Assembly (NCBI GenBank): GCA_022708105.1
Contig: JAKIZI010000005.1
Coordinates: forward strand, 2,820-66,819
From: Bacteroidota bacterium
Lineage (GTDB): Bacteria > Bacteroidota > Bacteroidia > Bacteroidales > WCHB1-69
Length of the DNA: 64,000 nucleotides
Reading direction: 5' to 3'
Made by a program: the position numbers and the translations under genes. This document shows, piece by piece, positions 63,814-64,000 of this stretch (position 1 is the first letter of the stretch; every line of letters begins with the position of its first letter). The notes under the pieces were generated by a model. That model worked only from the letters and a program-made list of their open reading frames with translations. It had not been told where the DNA came from and searched no databases.

Positions 63814-64000
63814 TAAAAATTGACCAAATTCAGGATATTTGTGTTCCGTAAATTCGATTTTTTGGATTAATGATTTTTGAGACGGTGCGCTGCATCTTGA
63901 AGATTTGTTCGGTATTTTGATTTGCTACAAATGACAATGAATAGAAGGGGTACACATAACACTGGTTTTGCGTCAGGCGGGGTGTCGTGCAAACTTGAAA

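Overview
Low-GC chromosomal segment that looks like Bacteroidota. It carries T9SS/gliding genes (sprA, gldH, one T9SS-CTD cargo protein), and the TAnnTTTG -7 promoter motif sits upstream of more than 20 genes. All calls rest on motif and sequence recognition by eye; no homology search was run.

Most of the window is housekeeping:
- trxB (partial), ffh, a K+/H+ antiporter, pyrH, frr, gcvH
- an MsbA-like ABC exporter, trmB, ftsQAZ, nadD, gmk
- a 1989-aa alpha-2-macroglobulin and the 2445-aa sprA
- ruvA, infC-rpmI-rplT, tRNA-Leu(GAG)
- a GT2 operon, lepB, dapB
- a TolC/MacA/MacB-type efflux operon
- exbB-exbD-tonB-gldH, dus, trxA, a SEDS protein and an S8 peptidase

Two accessory regions stand out.

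(1) An AT-rich defence island of about 11 kb (about 6.7-17.8 kb) lies between gcvH and a DUF2147 gene. It encodes a PLD-nuclease/SNF2-helicase fusion (7019..10360) and a 1204-aa Eco57I-like gamma-class N6-adenine methyltransferase (10373..13987). The C-terminal specificity-like segment of the methyltransferase has two silent paralogous cassettes downstream. These are linked to the expressed copy by in-frame perfect 17-bp inverted repeats, and a serine invertase gene (14796..15446) lies next to them. Together this looks like a three-cassette phase-variable shufflon on an atypical two-gene R-M-like system. It is followed by a fused XRE-HTH/ImmA-type metallopeptidase and a PIN-like gene interrupted by one in-frame TGA.

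(2) A complete IS21-family element (61115..63703; istA/istB, 8-bp target duplication) is inserted in the centre of a GC-rich palindromic repeat. Other copies or fragments of that repeat occur at about 26.0 kb and about 52.5 kb.

Smaller oddities:
- a 4 x 22-bp tandem array downstream of tRNA-Leu
- a GC-rich hairpin island at about 17.5 kb
- a probable non-AUG (ATC) infC start
- an orphan promoter-like box with direct repeats next to the sprA 3' end
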